Below the pieces are notes generated by a model. The model was not told the origin of the DNA. It saw only the letters and a list, made by a program, of their open reading frames with translations, and did not search any database. 32,000 nucleotides of DNA, from NCBI GenBank assembly GCA_003345545.1, contig PRDH01000012.1, forward strand, positions 19,129-51,128. The letters are read 5' to 3'. Below, one piece after another: positions 31,555 through 32,000 of the stretch. Position 1 is the first letter of the stretch; each line of letters starts with the position of its first letter. The position numbers and the translations under genes were made by a program. The stretch comes from Candidatus Thorarchaeota archaeon (GTDB lineage Archaea; Asgardarchaeota; Thorarchaeia; Thorarchaeales; Thorarchaeaceae).

Positions 31555-32000
31555 GGCTACAAGAGATCCACATCGGTCTTGACGACATTGACAGTCCAAA
31601 GGGAGGCTGCACTACACACTTTGCAAGCCTCCTTGTTGAACAGCTCTCACGCCAATCAATCAAGTGGATAGACTACCCTAGACTGATCCGATTGAATCCT
31701 GGTATTCCGTTCAGGACACGGGGCAATGGTGCCGTGGCACTTCAGTTGCTCTTTGATACTAGCAGGATTAGCGACCTGATAGAACAGATTGAACAGATGG
31801 TCCACAACTATGTTGATGAAACCTATCCCAATACGAACCCTGGTGCCGTCATTGTCACAGGAGAGATTCCTGATAGCGTGCAGCTACTGTCACAGCAGGC
31901 ATTGTGGCGCATGATCCCGATAGAACTAGCACAGAGGCTAGTGGAGAGATATGACATAGTCCACTACAAAGGGGGCAACGGGAGAGGACTGATTGGAGCT
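31551..32000 (+). CDS. tiaS: tRNA(Ile2) 2-agmatinylcytidine synthetase TiaS, N-terminal part (continues beyond the window)
   Basis: Not in the ORF track (no stop within the window). Translation: MRLQEIHIGLDDIDSPKGGCTTHFASLLVEQL...IDYPRLIRLNPGIPFRTRGNGAVAL...NPGAVIV...GGNGRGLIGA. It matches the TiaS N-terminal kinase-like domain signature (IGxDDxDSxxGxCTT). Confidence 0.85.
   Translation, partial: MRLQEIHIGLDDIDSPKGGCTTHFASLLVEQLSRQSIKWIDYPRLIRLNPGIPFRTRGNGAVALQLLFDTSRISDLIEQIEQMVHNYVDETYPNTNPGAVIVTGEIPDSVQLLSQQALWRMIPIELAQRLVERYDIVHYKGGNGRGLIGA

Noticed and set aside
1-32000. CRISPR arrays, transposases/IS elements, integrases, toxin-antitoxin or other defence islands
   Set aside because: I saw no regularly spaced direct repeats, terminal inverted repeats or recognisable mobile-element or defence protein motifs on either strand. 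The window is dominated by conserved housekeeping synteny.

Overview
This window is an archaeal chromosomal segment of moderate GC (judged by eye) and is mostly core information-processing genes.

**Left third (1-13.5 kb), mixed strands:**
- A partial alkaline-phosphatase-superfamily gene.
- A Get3/ArsA-type ATPase.
- An RNA polymerase subunit P gene that is absent from the ORF track.
- A B12-binding radical SAM enzyme, aIF1/SUI1, TFB, type-2 methionine aminopeptidase, a Roadblock/LC7 protein, GGGP synthase, a MobA-like protein and HypD.
- A roughly 3.8 kb block of poorly characterised small genes: DUF211, a TFB-cyclin-like protein, a coiled-coil protein, a PorD-like ferredoxin, a DUF1922-like zinc ribbon fused to winged helices, and another winged-helix protein.

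**13.7-30.3 kb, all on the + strand:** the classical archaeal ribosomal-protein supercluster, in this order: uL22-uS3-uL29-Rpp29-uS17-uL14-uL24-eS4-uL5-uS14-uS8-uL6-eL32-eL19-uL18-uS5-uL30-[Hsp20]-uL15-SecY-[AstE/AspA-like deacylase]-AdkA-DUF106 insertase-eL34-Cmk-eL14-Cbf5.

**Right end:** an RNase P RNA gene (not an ORF), Tsr3 on the - strand, a Cys-rich zinc-finger protein and the 5' part of TiaS.

I saw no CRISPR array, tRNA, rRNA, transposase or obvious defence system.

**Most unusual points:**
- An Hsp20 gene is embedded between uL30 and uL15.
- A deacylase-like gene is inserted as its own transcription unit between secY and adk.
- The Get3 is eukaryote-like (CxxC) and has a Shine-Dalgarno (SD)-coupled mini-ORF for a C-terminal transmembrane peptide.
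- The 9.7-13.5 kb block of hypothetical genes is rich in winged-helix and TFB-like domains.
- The ribosomal cluster starts abruptly at uL22 behind a 240-nt leader.

All family calls rest on motif recognition by eye. No database search was possible. Lineage is not determined; the eukaryote-like Get3, Roadblock and Sec61-like SecY are compatible with an Asgard/TACK-type archaeon, but this is only a guess.
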